From: an uncultured Chloroflexia bacterium | GTDB lineage: Bacteria; Chloroflexota; Limnocylindria; Limnocylindrales; CSP1-4 | Length of the DNA: 64,000 nt | Direction: 5' to 3' | NCBI GenBank assembly: GCA_963766735.1 | Contig: CAVYBU010000003.1 | Location: 288,001 to 352,000, forward strand | In this document: positions 53,864-62,257 of the stretch, piece after piece | How the letters are laid out: each line of letters starts with the position of its first letter | Numbering within the stretch: the first letter of the stretch is position 1 | Notes under the pieces: generated by a model | Told to the model about the DNA's origin: nothing | What the model saw: the letters and a program-made list of their open reading frames with translations, nothing else | Databases searched by the model: none | Position numbers and translations under genes: made by a program

Positions 53864-54396
53864 TGCCCCCGCCAGATGACGCCGACGTCGAGGTCGCCGT
53901 CGGCACGGGTGGTGATGAGGGCCGCGTGGTCGTCGTCGAGCGCGACCATCGTGGTGGTGCCGTCGCGGCTCACAACTGTCTCGGGGGCCTGGCCCCCGAC
54001 CTTGCTGATCGCCGCCTGGTAGAAGGCGATGGCTGCCGCGGCGGTCATGCCCGGCACCCGGAAGGTGACCGAGGTGATTGCGTCGTACTCACTGCCGGCG
54101 ACGACCTGGCTGCCGGGCGCAACGAGCGCTGCTGGCAGGCTGGGGGGAGGCGTGACGCCCTCAGCGACTGGCAGGTTGAGCACGACGGGCGCGCCGGGCG
54201 TCCCGAGAAGGCCGGGCGGCAGCGGCGGCCGGCTCGCCTCCGCTCCCGATGTGGGCAGGGGAGGAAACGAGTGGGCGCTAATGGAGACTGGAGAGCCGGC
54301 GGGCGCCCCGGTCGGGCTGTCTGCGCCGCATGCACCGAGCAGGCACGCGAGGGCTCCGACGGCCAGGACTCCAGCTAGCCGATGCGCTTGACGCAT
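53860..54396 (-). CDS. Hypothetical lipoprotein
   Basis: Lipobox LGAC; GTGA overlap with the downstream gene. Confidence 0.65.
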   Translation of the reverse strand: MRQAHRLAGVLAVGALACLLGACGADSPTGAPAGSPVSISAHSFPPLPTSGAEASRPPLPPGLLGTPGAPVVLNLPVAEGVTPPPSLPAALVAPGSQVVAGSEYDAITSVTFRVPGMTAAAAIAFYQAAISKVGGQAPETVVSRDGTTTMVALDDDHAALITTRADGDLDVGVIWRGQ

Positions 54397-54556
54397 AGGA
54401 CCACCCCATGAGGCCTGATACCTAATGTCCGTAGCGTGTCCGCGGCGAGCCCTACGCACACCACGCCCTTCTTCCCGTGTCCTGGAACCGAGCTCATCGT
54501 CCGAGGTCGTGGCGCGATGGCTCTCATCATCGGCTCAGTCCACGTCCACCTGTGGG

Positions 54557-55031
54557 TTACTACTTCAGCGTCACAGACTGCGCGATCCCCGCGCAAAGGT
54601 CGTCGCTCAGGCCCTCGCACGCGAGCTCGAACGCCACCCCGCCCTTGACGATCAGATACACGATTGTCCGGGTCCTGCTCCGTGCCCCCCGAGACCTCGA
54701 TCGCCTCTCCGGTCGGGAGGTTGACGGACTGCTTTGCAGTGTTGGTCATGCCATAGTCCTTCAGCTTCCAAGCGACGTCGTCGGCCACGGTGTCCAGGGA
54801 CTCAAATGAGCCATATTTCCTGAATTGGAAGGTCCCCAGCGACGAGACCCACTTGTCCCATTCGCCACCGGACGAGGCCTGCCACGACCCGGCTGCAGGC
54901 ACGATGAGACTGTATGTCGCGCCATCGTGGCGCTCGCCGGCTGGAAGCGACTGACTCGCCTCGCCCCCACAGCCGACCATCACCGCCGTCACCGCTGCCA
55001 GCGCGAGCTGGGCAGCCCAGCGCCTTGTCAT
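54557..55031 (-). CDS. Hypothetical lipoprotein (probable frameshift near 54660)
   Basis: GGGAG RBS and lipobox MVGC; alternative-frame end QSVTLK**. Confidence 0.55.
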
Positions 55032-55348
55032 AGCAGGCTCCCTTCACGAGACTCACACCAGCCGGAACCGTGCGGCTGCACTCTGGGACCGGTGGCGACC
55101 CCACGCAGGCAGGCTGGGTGCCGGGCGCTCGAGACGCCACGTGCCGGAGCGACCGTCATGCAGGGCCGAAGGTAGCCGTATCGTCTGTGGTCGGATCGTC
55201 CCTGCCGGTACAGGGTCGGCCGCGCCCGCCAATGGCTATCCACTCGTAGAAGGGAGGGGGCCGATGACGAGGATCGGTTTCCAGGGCGCCATCAGGGATC
55301 GTTCCGGCCGCGTCAGGGGTCGAGCGGACGCCCGAGATATGCTCCTCA

Positions 55349-55491
55349 AGCGGTGTAGCCTAGGCGTCCGCTTCTCGAACGAGGAAGCACATGCGCTTCC
55401 TGAGAGTCCCCGGGGCCTATGCGGTGCAGGTTCGAGGGTCCTGAGCGTGGCTGGCCGAGCGGCGTAGGCACCGATTAATAGGGGCTACGCG
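55349..55491 (+). repeat. Junction element copy F, with the tRNA half deleted
   Basis: gcacatgcgcttcctgag joined directly to agtccccggggcctatgcgg...gattaataggggctacgcg. Confidence 0.93.
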
Positions 55492-56080
55492 AGTTCAGAT
55501 TGTGCCCAGTCGGTCCACCGAAACGGCCCGGACCGGGATGGACGTCGCGTCGTCCTGGGCGCCCGAGAGTTGCCCCCAATAGGCTGGAGAGGACGACCAT
55601 CAGGGCAAGGACGAAGACAATTCCTGACAGTTCGAGTGCGAACCCCAGGCGCAGCCGACGGACCGTGTCGGCGCGCCCAGCGGCGACCCGTGCCTCTGTC
55701 GGGACTGCCCACAGGGCATCGTCGCCGGCCAGCCGTCGGGCTGCCGGGCTCGTGATGAGCCCCCCAACGGCGAAGATGGCGACCGTGACAGCGATCGCAG
55801 CGAGCCATACGATCCCGTACTGGCTGCTAAGCGCGTCGATAGATCGTATGGGTCCGAAGACCGTTCCCCGCACGACCCCCAAGACGACGGCGAGCAGGGC
55901 CGCACCGATCAGAAGCCGTTCCGGGCCGAGGATCACGGTTCGGACGAGGTCGCGCTGGCGTTCGATCGGCTGCCCGAAGACGAACGGCAGCAAGACGAGG
56001 CTGGCGAACACGGATGCGCCCAGCCACGCGGCTCCGCCGAGGATGTGGAGGAACTGGACGAGCGCGAGCCCGTAATCCAT
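55475..56080 (-). CDS. Second copy of the four-helix membrane protein; stop lost, 34-aa extension into the repeat arm
   Basis: Same protein as 45760-46263 at offset 9817; CTG TAG changed to CTA TTG. Confidence 0.75.
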   Translation of the reverse strand: MDYGLALVQFLHILGGAAWLGASVFASLVLLPFVFGQPIERQRDLVRTVILGPERLLIGAALLAVVLGVVRGTVFGPIRSIDALSSQYGIVWLAAIAVTVAIFAVGGLITSPAARRLAGDDALWAVPTEARVAAGRADTVRRLRLGFALELSGIVFVLALMVVLSSLLGATLGRPGRRDVHPGPGRFGGPTGHNLNSRSPY

Positions 56081-56191
56081 GGGGCTCTCCGATGCGGACC
56101 GGTAGTTCGGCATTCGTATGTATGAGGCGGTCAGGCTGCCACGTCAACAGGAGGGCGGCTTTCAGGGCCAACCAGGCTCGGCGGAGCCCGG

Positions 56192-56380
56192 GAGCGCTGT
56201 AGGCTACTCTTCTGGTCATCGCTCGGGGCGCACATGCGCTTCCTGAGCGTGAAGCTCGCCGGGGCGTGGCGCAACGGTGGCGCACGTGCTTTGGGAGTCC
56301 CAGGGCCTATGCGGGGTAGGGTCGGGGGCCCGAGCACGACCGGGCGAGCGGCGTAGGCACCGATTATTAGGGGCTACGCG
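56192..56380 (+). repeat. tRNA-Pro 5'-half junction element, copy G
   Basis: Exact tRNA 5' half at 56260-56297 with both arms. Confidence 0.97.
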
Positions 56381-56430
56381 AGCACGACAGACAGCCTCGT
56401 TGCCGACCGCGCTGACGGGTGGGCTTTGCG

Positions 56431-57368
56431 TCACTTGCTGATGAGGGTCGACCGCCAGGCCACCTCGCTGTCCGGCGTGATCGCGAGAAGCGTGATCGCC
56501 GACCCGGCCCCGGCAGGCTCGACCGCCGTTGCGTAGACCGTCCCGTCGGCGCCGGCCACCACGACATCCCAGCGCCCGGCCGGGTTCGTGAGCTTGACCG
56601 GCCAGCCGTCAACGACCCGGCCGTCCGGCCCGACCGCGACGACTCGCCTGCTGCTCTTCGCATCAGCCGGCGCCAGAAGGACCAGAAGCACATGCTCACC
56701 GGGGCCGAGGGCCGGCACCGTCCGCCACACGCCGCATCCTGTATCGCCCAGCGGCATTCGCCCTGCTCCCCGATGGGCGCACCGGCCGACCACGGCCACC
56801 CGTCGCGGACGGTGCCGTCGGGTCCGAGCGCGTGGACGACGACGCGGTCGCGGTCGTCGACGCCCAGGACCCACGCGGATCCGCCTGGCTCGAGCACGGG
56901 CCTGATCGGCGCGTACCCGCCCGCAAAGGTCGCCTCGGAGATGCGCGGCGCGACTCCGGCCCGGGGGAGGCCGTGTGACCGGCGCAATGCTCGGCAGCGC
57001 GCGTCACCCGAATTCCAGGAGGGGGAGACCCGGATCCGTCCGTCACAGGCGTCACGCTGCCGCTCGCGGGCGGCAAGCGGCAGCTGCGACGACCGGCGAT
57101 GGGATGCGATGCAGCCAGACGCACGATCGGGCTCGCGCAGGCACGGGCGTGGGGGCATCGGGCGGCCAGGATCGGATCCGCGGCGCTCGGGCAGGGTGAC
57201 CCGCGGCAGGTGCTCGAGGGCCAGGGCATCGCCCCGGAACGCATGCGCCCTGCGGGCACAGGCCGGGCACGCGGCGAGGTGCGCCTCGAGGCGGCCGCGC
57301 TCGTACGCCGCAAGCGGGTAGTCGATCGCGGTGGCGGCGAGTGCGAGGAACGTGTCGTGCGTGGTCAT
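56431..57368 (-). pseudogene. zf-HC2 anti-sigma factor, disrupted or internally deleted
   Basis: MTTHDTF...EAHLAACPAC, then frame breaks; C-terminal propeller-like GPDGRVVDGWPV. Confidence 0.6.
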
Positions 57369-57939
57369 TGGGACGCCTCCGCCGACTCGAGCCGGCTGCG
57401 GACCCGGATGCGGGTCCGGCAGAGCAGGGTGCGGGTGGCTGCCTCGGAGCGCCCGATCGCGGCGGCGATCTCGGCCCCGCTGAAGCCTTCGGATGACAGG
57501 AGCAGCGCCGCCCGGGCTCCGGGGTCGAGGTCCGCGAGGATGCCCACGATCGCGGCCCGGCCCTCGCGCGCGAGGTAGCTGGCCTCGGGGGTGACGGTCG
57601 TCACCGGCGGCGCGGTGCGGTGGTCTGGATCCTGACCAGCCCGCGCAGCGCGGTGGAGAGGCGCCGGCCGCGGCTGACCGCGAGGTTGGCACCCACCCGG
57701 TACAGCCAGGCCCGGATGTTGTCGGGGGTCCGCCCCGCCCGCACCTCGCGGGTCAGGCGCAGGTAGGCCTCCGAGAGCAGGTCCTCGGCGACCCCGGGGT
57801 CGCGCGCGGTCCGGACCAGGAACGCGTACACCTCCGCGTGGTGGTCGGTCCAGGCGGCCACGACCAGCGCGTCCGCCTGCGCGGCGCGGGTGGCGCCCGC
57901 GGCGTCCACCGATTCGAGAGGAGAGGTCACCGGTTCCAC
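57365..57939 (-). CDS. ECF sigma-70 factor (frameshift near 57610)
   Basis: AEDLLSEAYLRL, RAWLYRVGANL; region 4 EGFSGAEIAAAIGRSEAATRTLLCR is in a second frame. Confidence 0.8.
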
Positions 57940-57947
57940 GCCGATGA

Positions 57948-57973
57948 GACGCTATGCCCCGCCTGGTGTTTCA
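57948..57973 (-). promoter_or_regulatory. Putative autoregulatory ECF promoter TGAAAC-N16-CGTC
   Basis: Directly upstream of the sigma start codon; matches the classic SigW/SigM-type architecture. Confidence 0.65.
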
Positions 57974-58087
57974 GGGCAGGGGCAAGAGGGCGACGACGGG
58001 CGGGTGCGAATGACCGCGGGCAGGGTGTCCCGGAAGGGCGACCAAGCGGTGAGGCCGCGGGCGGGGAGTCGCGCCGGACAGGGCAGG

Positions 58088-59428
58088 TCAGCGCAACAGC
58101 CAGGCGACCTGCTGGCCTTCCGCCGTGGATCCGCTGATGCCGACGACACCGGCCGGCCCGTCCGCGACGAGCCGCGGGCCGTAGTCGAACTGCGGCCGCT
58201 CGGCCTGCGGCAGCTGCGTCCAGGAGACGCCGTCGTCGCTCACCCAGGTCTCGTGCCTCACCCCGCCCCCTTCCCTGCTCTCGGCGCCGACGGCCACATA
58301 GCCGCGATCCGAGAGGACGAGATCCGTCACGGCGGTCACGCTCACCGTGTCTTCGGGGTCCTCCGCGACGGCGGGCGGCCCGGCCGGGAGCTCCTGCGAC
58401 TTCCAGCTGGTGCCGTCGGAGGACGACCAGATCGTCGGCGCGCCGGCGCGTCCCGCGTCGACGTCCCAGCCATTCCGCCCGGCGAGCACCCAGGGGTTGC
58501 GGTCGCCCGCCGGGGCCGTGCCCGCGAACACCTCGGCTCCCTGGCCCGGGAAGCCGTCGAGGACGCTCCACGACGCTCCGTCGGCCGTGATCGCGAGTGT
58601 CGTGTTGAGCTCGTAGCCGCTGGCCGCGAGGAGATAGGGCCCGGACGGGTTCGCGACGCCCACGGGAGCGCGGTCGTAGCCCTCCCAGCCGGCCGGGGGC
58701 ACCTGCTCGGTGGCTGCCCATGACGTGCCGTCGGCGGAGTGCCACAGCATCCTGCCTCCCAGGCTCTCGCCGGACCAGTCAGAGAGCGCCGCCGCCCAGC
58801 CGCCCTCCGCCACCGGCCATGCCGCGACGAGCTCGCTCAGCTCACCCTTCCCGTTCCCCGTGTAGGCGCGGCGCCAGGCGACGCCGTCGTCCGAGATCCA
58901 GGCGATGGGCGAAATCGAGCAGTCAGGCCCGCCGCCCGTGCTGCCGGGTTCGGTGAGACTGCACGGCGTGTGGCTGTAGCCGCCGACGACGAGCACCTCG
59001 CGCCCGTTGGTCGCGATCGCCCGGCCGAGCAGGCCGTTCGCATCGGTCGCTTCCGAGCGGTCGCCCTTCAGCGGGAGCTTCACGTTCTTCCAGGACGCGC
59101 CGTCAGCCGAGAACCAGACGCTGCCGGTGGTCCCTTCGAGGGCGACGTAGCCCTCGTCGAACCCGATGATGCCGTTGACGCGAGTCACCGGGATGACCCC
59201 CAGGCGGTGCCAGGCGAGCGTGTCGGCTGAGCCCGTCCAGGACGACGCCGACGGGCCGGGAGACCCCGGCGAGGGTGCCGCCGTCGGTGGGATCGGGGCG
59301 GAAGTCGCAGTCGGCGACGCGGTCGGAACTGCTGTTGACGGAACTGGGTCCGGCGTTGTCGAGGCTGCCGGCGCAACGCAACCCGCGACGACAAACAGCA
59401 CGGCCAGCGCCCCGAGGGCTCGAGTCAT
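58088..59428 (-). CDS. Lipoprotein with BNR/Asp-box-like repeats
   Basis: Lipobox VAGC; WFSADGASW, WISDDGVAW, WSSSDGTSW, WVSDDGVSW. Upstream GGTAAC-N16-CGTC (59486-59461). Confidence 0.78.
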   Translation of the reverse strand: MTRALGALAVLFVVAGCVAPAASTTPDPVPSTAVPTASPTATSAPIPPTAAPSPGSPGPSASSWTGSADTLAWHRLGVIPVTRVNGIIGFDEGYVALEGTTGSVWFSADGASWKNVKLPLKGDRSEATDANGLLGRAIATNGREVLVVGGYSHTPCSLTEPGSTGGGPDCSISPIAWISDDGVAWRRAYTGNGKGELSELVAAWPVAEGGWAAALSDWSGESLGGRMLWHSADGTSWAATEQVPPAGWEGYDRAPVGVANPSGPYLLAASGYELNTTLAITADGASWSVLDGFPGQGAEVFAGTAPAGDRNPWVLAGRNGWDVDAGRAGAPTIWSSSDGTSWKSQELPAGPPAVAEDPEDTVSVTAVTDLVLSDRGYVAVGAESREGGGVRHETWVSDDGVSWTQLPQAERPQFDYGPRLVADGPAGVVGISGSTAEGQQVAWLLR

Positions 59429-59797
59429 GACCCACCTCTCACAGCTGCGAACGATGATGAGACGCGCAACACGAGCAGGCGTTACCGCGCGCCGGCCGCG
59501 AGCCGGTGTCCTCGCATCTGAGGAGGGATCTCCGTGCCCAGGATGGATGCCGGGGAGTCCCGGCGGCTGGCCCACCGCGCCGTCGACATCGTCGCCGACA
59601 TCTCGCCGGCACCCAGGGCGACCCCTCGCAGCCGGCCGCGCTCCCGGTCGGCCCGGACCGCGCTGGCCGCTCCTGGCGGGATCGCTGGGTGAGCGGCCAG
59701 ATATTGGGGCCACCCCAGTCGAAGACCGGTAACAGACAGGGGCGTCCGGGCGTCCCGTGGTCGTAGATGTGCCCTTCACCTCGCTCGAGGAGAGCAG

Positions 59798-60175
59798 ATG
59801 ACCACCCATCGCCAGCTAGTCGGCCGGATCACCGTGGCGCTGCTCCTCATCGTGATGGCAGCCGGGTGCAGCCGGTTTGGTCCTCAGCTGACCATCGGCG
59901 TCGACCTCACCGGCGGTCCGAAGGAAGCGACGCTGACCGTCGACTCGTCCGGCCCGGGCATGACCGGTGGCGAGGACGTAGTGATCCTCAATGGGGAGCG
60001 GTTTGGGATGAGCATGCCGCTCCCGTCCACGTGGGAAGTCAAGGTCGACGGCAAACACATCATCGGCTCGGGCGATCGGACCGGCGCGCTCCCGTCACCG
60101 GGCCAGGGGCAGGACGTGACGATCTGTATCCGGGTCGCCGCGGATGGCACCGTGAAGCTCGTTGACGCCTGCTAG
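59798..60175 (+). CDS. Hypothetical lipoprotein
   Basis: GAGGAG RBS and lipobox AAGC. Confidence 0.65.
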   Translation: MTTHRQLVGRITVALLLIVMAAGCSRFGPQLTIGVDLTGGPKEATLTVDSSGPGMTGGEDVVILNGERFGMSMPLPSTWEVKVDGKHIIGSGDRTGALPSPGQGQDVTICIRVAADGTVKLVDAC

Positions 60176-60445
60176 GTCGCTGCGGCGAGGCAGCCAGGCC
60201 CGAGCGGCTGACCAGCTCGAGTCAGCGACAGCGACAGCCGGGAACGAGGACTCGACTTCGCCCCGGTCGGCCAGGGCCGCTGGCGGCTCGTGGCGGGATC
60301 GCAGGACCGGGGCACCGGCGAGGACATCGACAGGGACCGCCTCGGAGGTGATCGTGGCGGCGAAGCCGCGTCCCTCGCTGATCGTGGCCGGAGGTCCGAA
60401 CAGGATCTGGAGCCGGTCGATCAGGAGCGCGAGATGACGAAACAA

Positions 60446-60862
60446 CTAGCGGGGGTCGGGCACCATCACCGGACGCAGCGCGAGACCCTCGATCCCCGCG
60501 AAGTCGTCCGGGTTGCACGTGTAGAGCGGGAGGCCATTGGCGATCGCCGTGGCCGCGATCAACGCGTCGAGCGCCCGGGCGGCCGGCTTCCGGCCGGACC
60601 GGCGGAGCGACGACGCGACCTGGCCGAACGCGCGGGCGGCGGCCGCGTCGAACGGGAGGGGGTCGAAGTCCGCCTCGGCCTGCTGGACATGAGCCAGACG
60701 ACGGGCTCGCTCGGCCTCGTCATTCGTCACGAGTGGCCCGACCGAGAGTTCGGCGAGGGTGATCGCCGAGATGAGCGGGACGTCGGGCAGGACGGACGGA
60801 ACGTCGATCCGCGGCAGCAGCAGCAGGGTGCTAGTGTCGAGCAGGCCCTCCGGGTCGCTCAC
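60446..60862 (-). CDS. vapC: VapC-family PIN-domain toxin
   Basis: GLLDTSTLL, ISAITLAEL, LPFDAAAA, DALIAATA, LYTCNPDDF. Confidence 0.9.
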   Translation of the reverse strand: MSDPEGLLDTSTLLLLPRIDVPSVLPDVPLISAITLAELSVGPLVTNDEAERARRLAHVQQAEADFDPLPFDAAAARAFGQVASSLRRSGRKPAARALDALIAATAIANGLPLYTCNPDDFAGIEGLALRPVMVPDPR

Positions 60863-61095
60863 AGGCCGGGTTCGATCACCGTGTCGACCTCGTGGCGCAG
60901 CCTCGTCGCATCGACTTCCGGCAGGCGACGCCAGCGCTCGAGGAGCGCGGCCGCCGACAGACCCCGCGGGCGGATGGGCCGCAGCTCGGCGACCGGTCGC
61001 CCGTCGCGCGTCACCGTCACGTGCCCGCCGGTCTCGACGCGGTCGACGACCTCACCTCCGCGGTTGCGCAACTCCCGGATCGTCACGGTGTCCAC
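60859..61095 (-). CDS. Phd/YefM-family antitoxin
   Basis: VTIRELRNRGGEVVDRV...VTRDGRPVAELRP; GTGA overlap with the toxin. Confidence 0.88.
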   Translation of the reverse strand: MDTVTIRELRNRGGEVVDRVETGGHVTVTRDGRPVAELRPIRPRGLSAAALLERWRRLPEVDATRLRHEVDTVIEPGL

Positions 61096-61407
61096 GCCAA
61101 GAACCGTATCACCGGTGATACACTTGTCAAGTGCCACCATGAGCCCCGGGATTGACCGCCAGCGCGATGCCATACAGCCCGCTGCCGGCGTTGTCGCCGG
61201 CGACGATGATGGTCATAGCGACCATGCATGCCACGCAACCGCCGATCACGAGCCCGCCGCCGATCCTTCCCATCCGCATCTCAGGCTCTCGGTCGATGAC
61301 AAGGTCGCACGAGGCTGCTTCGAGCAGCCCGCGGCCAACCTTGGCGGCGGTCAGGCGATCCGGCGAGATCCGAACGGCTCCGGCCGCCGATCGCGGCGCA
61401 GGCGCAT

Positions 61408-61513
61408 GAGCGCTGTAGGCTAGTCTTCTGGTCGTCGCTCGGGACGCACATGCGCTTCCTGAGCACGAAACCTGTCGGGGCGTGGCGCAACGGTGGCGCA
61501 CGTGCTTTGGGAG
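61408..61513 (+). repeat. Junction element copy H: left arm plus the 5' half forming the intact tRNA
   Basis: gagcgctgtaggctagtcttctg...gcacatgcgcttcctgagcacgaaacctgt precedes the tRNA, as in copies A and C-G. Confidence 0.95.
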
Positions 61514-61550
61514 CACGAGGGTGTGGGTTCGAATCCCACCGCCCCGACCA
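61476..61550 (+). tRNA. tRNA-Pro(TGG)
   Basis: Cloverleaf CGGGGCG/CGCCCCG, GCGC D-stem, CGTGC-TTTGGGA-GCACG, GTGGG-TTCGAAT-CCCAC, encoded ACCA end. Confidence 0.95.
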
Positions 61551-61615
61551 TTCGCTTGAGCAACAGCGGGCCTGTCAGCCCGCCTCGGACCCCGGAGTGA
61601 CGCGGCGGGCGCCTG

Positions 61616-62095
61616 CTAGCCGGAGATCCCCTCGAGAAGGGCCTCTGCCTGGAACAGGTTGATCCCGCTGTCGATGAGGTCCAGGAGCGCCGCCATGGTC
61701 CGCTCCTCCTCCACCTGCTCCTCGATGAACCACTGGACGAACTGGAGGGTCCGGTTGTCCTTCGCGTCGCGGGCGGCGTTGGCCAGCGCCTCGAACTGCT
61801 TGGTGACGTGGGCCTCGCTTGCCTGGGCAACCTCGACCGCCGCCCGTGCGGACGCGTAGACGGTGGGCGCGCCGCCGATCTGCGGGAGGCTGAAGTCGAC
61901 GTCGTTGTCGATGAGGAACTCGATGATCTTGCCGCCGTGCTCGGCTTCCTCGGTCGACTGGTCATGGAAGAACTTCGCCCAGCCGTTGAGGCTTTGCCGG
62001 GTGAAGTAGAGCGAGATGCCCATGTAGGTCTGGTGGGCAGAGAACTCGCTGGCGATCTGCGCGATAAGGAGCTTGGCGGGCTGGTCGGCGATCAT
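61616..62095 (-). CDS. Non-heme ferritin
   Basis: QIASEFSAHQTY, EEAEHGGKI, FVQWFIEEQVEEE ferroxidase motifs. Confidence 0.9.
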   Translation of the reverse strand: MIADQPAKLLIAQIASEFSAHQTYMGISLYFTRQSLNGWAKFFHDQSTEEAEHGGKIIEFLIDNDVDFSLPQIGGAPTVYASARAAVEVAQASEAHVTKQFEALANAARDAKDNRTLQFVQWFIEEQVEEERTMAALLDLIDSGINLFQAEALLEGISG

Positions 62096-62257
62096 CTCGG
62101 GTACCTCATGGTGTGACGCCAGTTCATCATAGCCCCGCGCCCTTGACCAGATCTTGAGGAAGCCTTTGTGCTTCCTGCCTTGGACTGGCGCTCCGCGTCA
62201 GGCACGCTGTCGCCATCGACCGGCGTCCTTCCGGCCGGGCACAGGAGCCAGCGTCCC

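Noticed and set aside
33402-56297. Additional functional tRNA-Pro genes
   Set aside because: The copies stop after the anticodon loop and have no T-arm, acceptor 3' strand or CCA.
33335-56380. IS, MITE or tRNA-derived SINE-like retroelement
   Set aside because: No terminal inverted repeats, target duplications, transposase or reverse transcriptase were seen. All copies are co-oriented upstream of the parent tRNA and share its upstream DNA. Disfavoured, but not excluded without a genome-wide search.
25000-61400. Prophage or ICE
   Set aside because: No structural, replication, conjugation or recombinase genes were recognised.
33335-61513. CRISPR array or classical integron attC array
   Set aside because: The repeats are about 190 bp with kb-scale gene-bearing spacers. 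No cas or intI gene, and no RYYYAAC...GTTRRRY attC structure.
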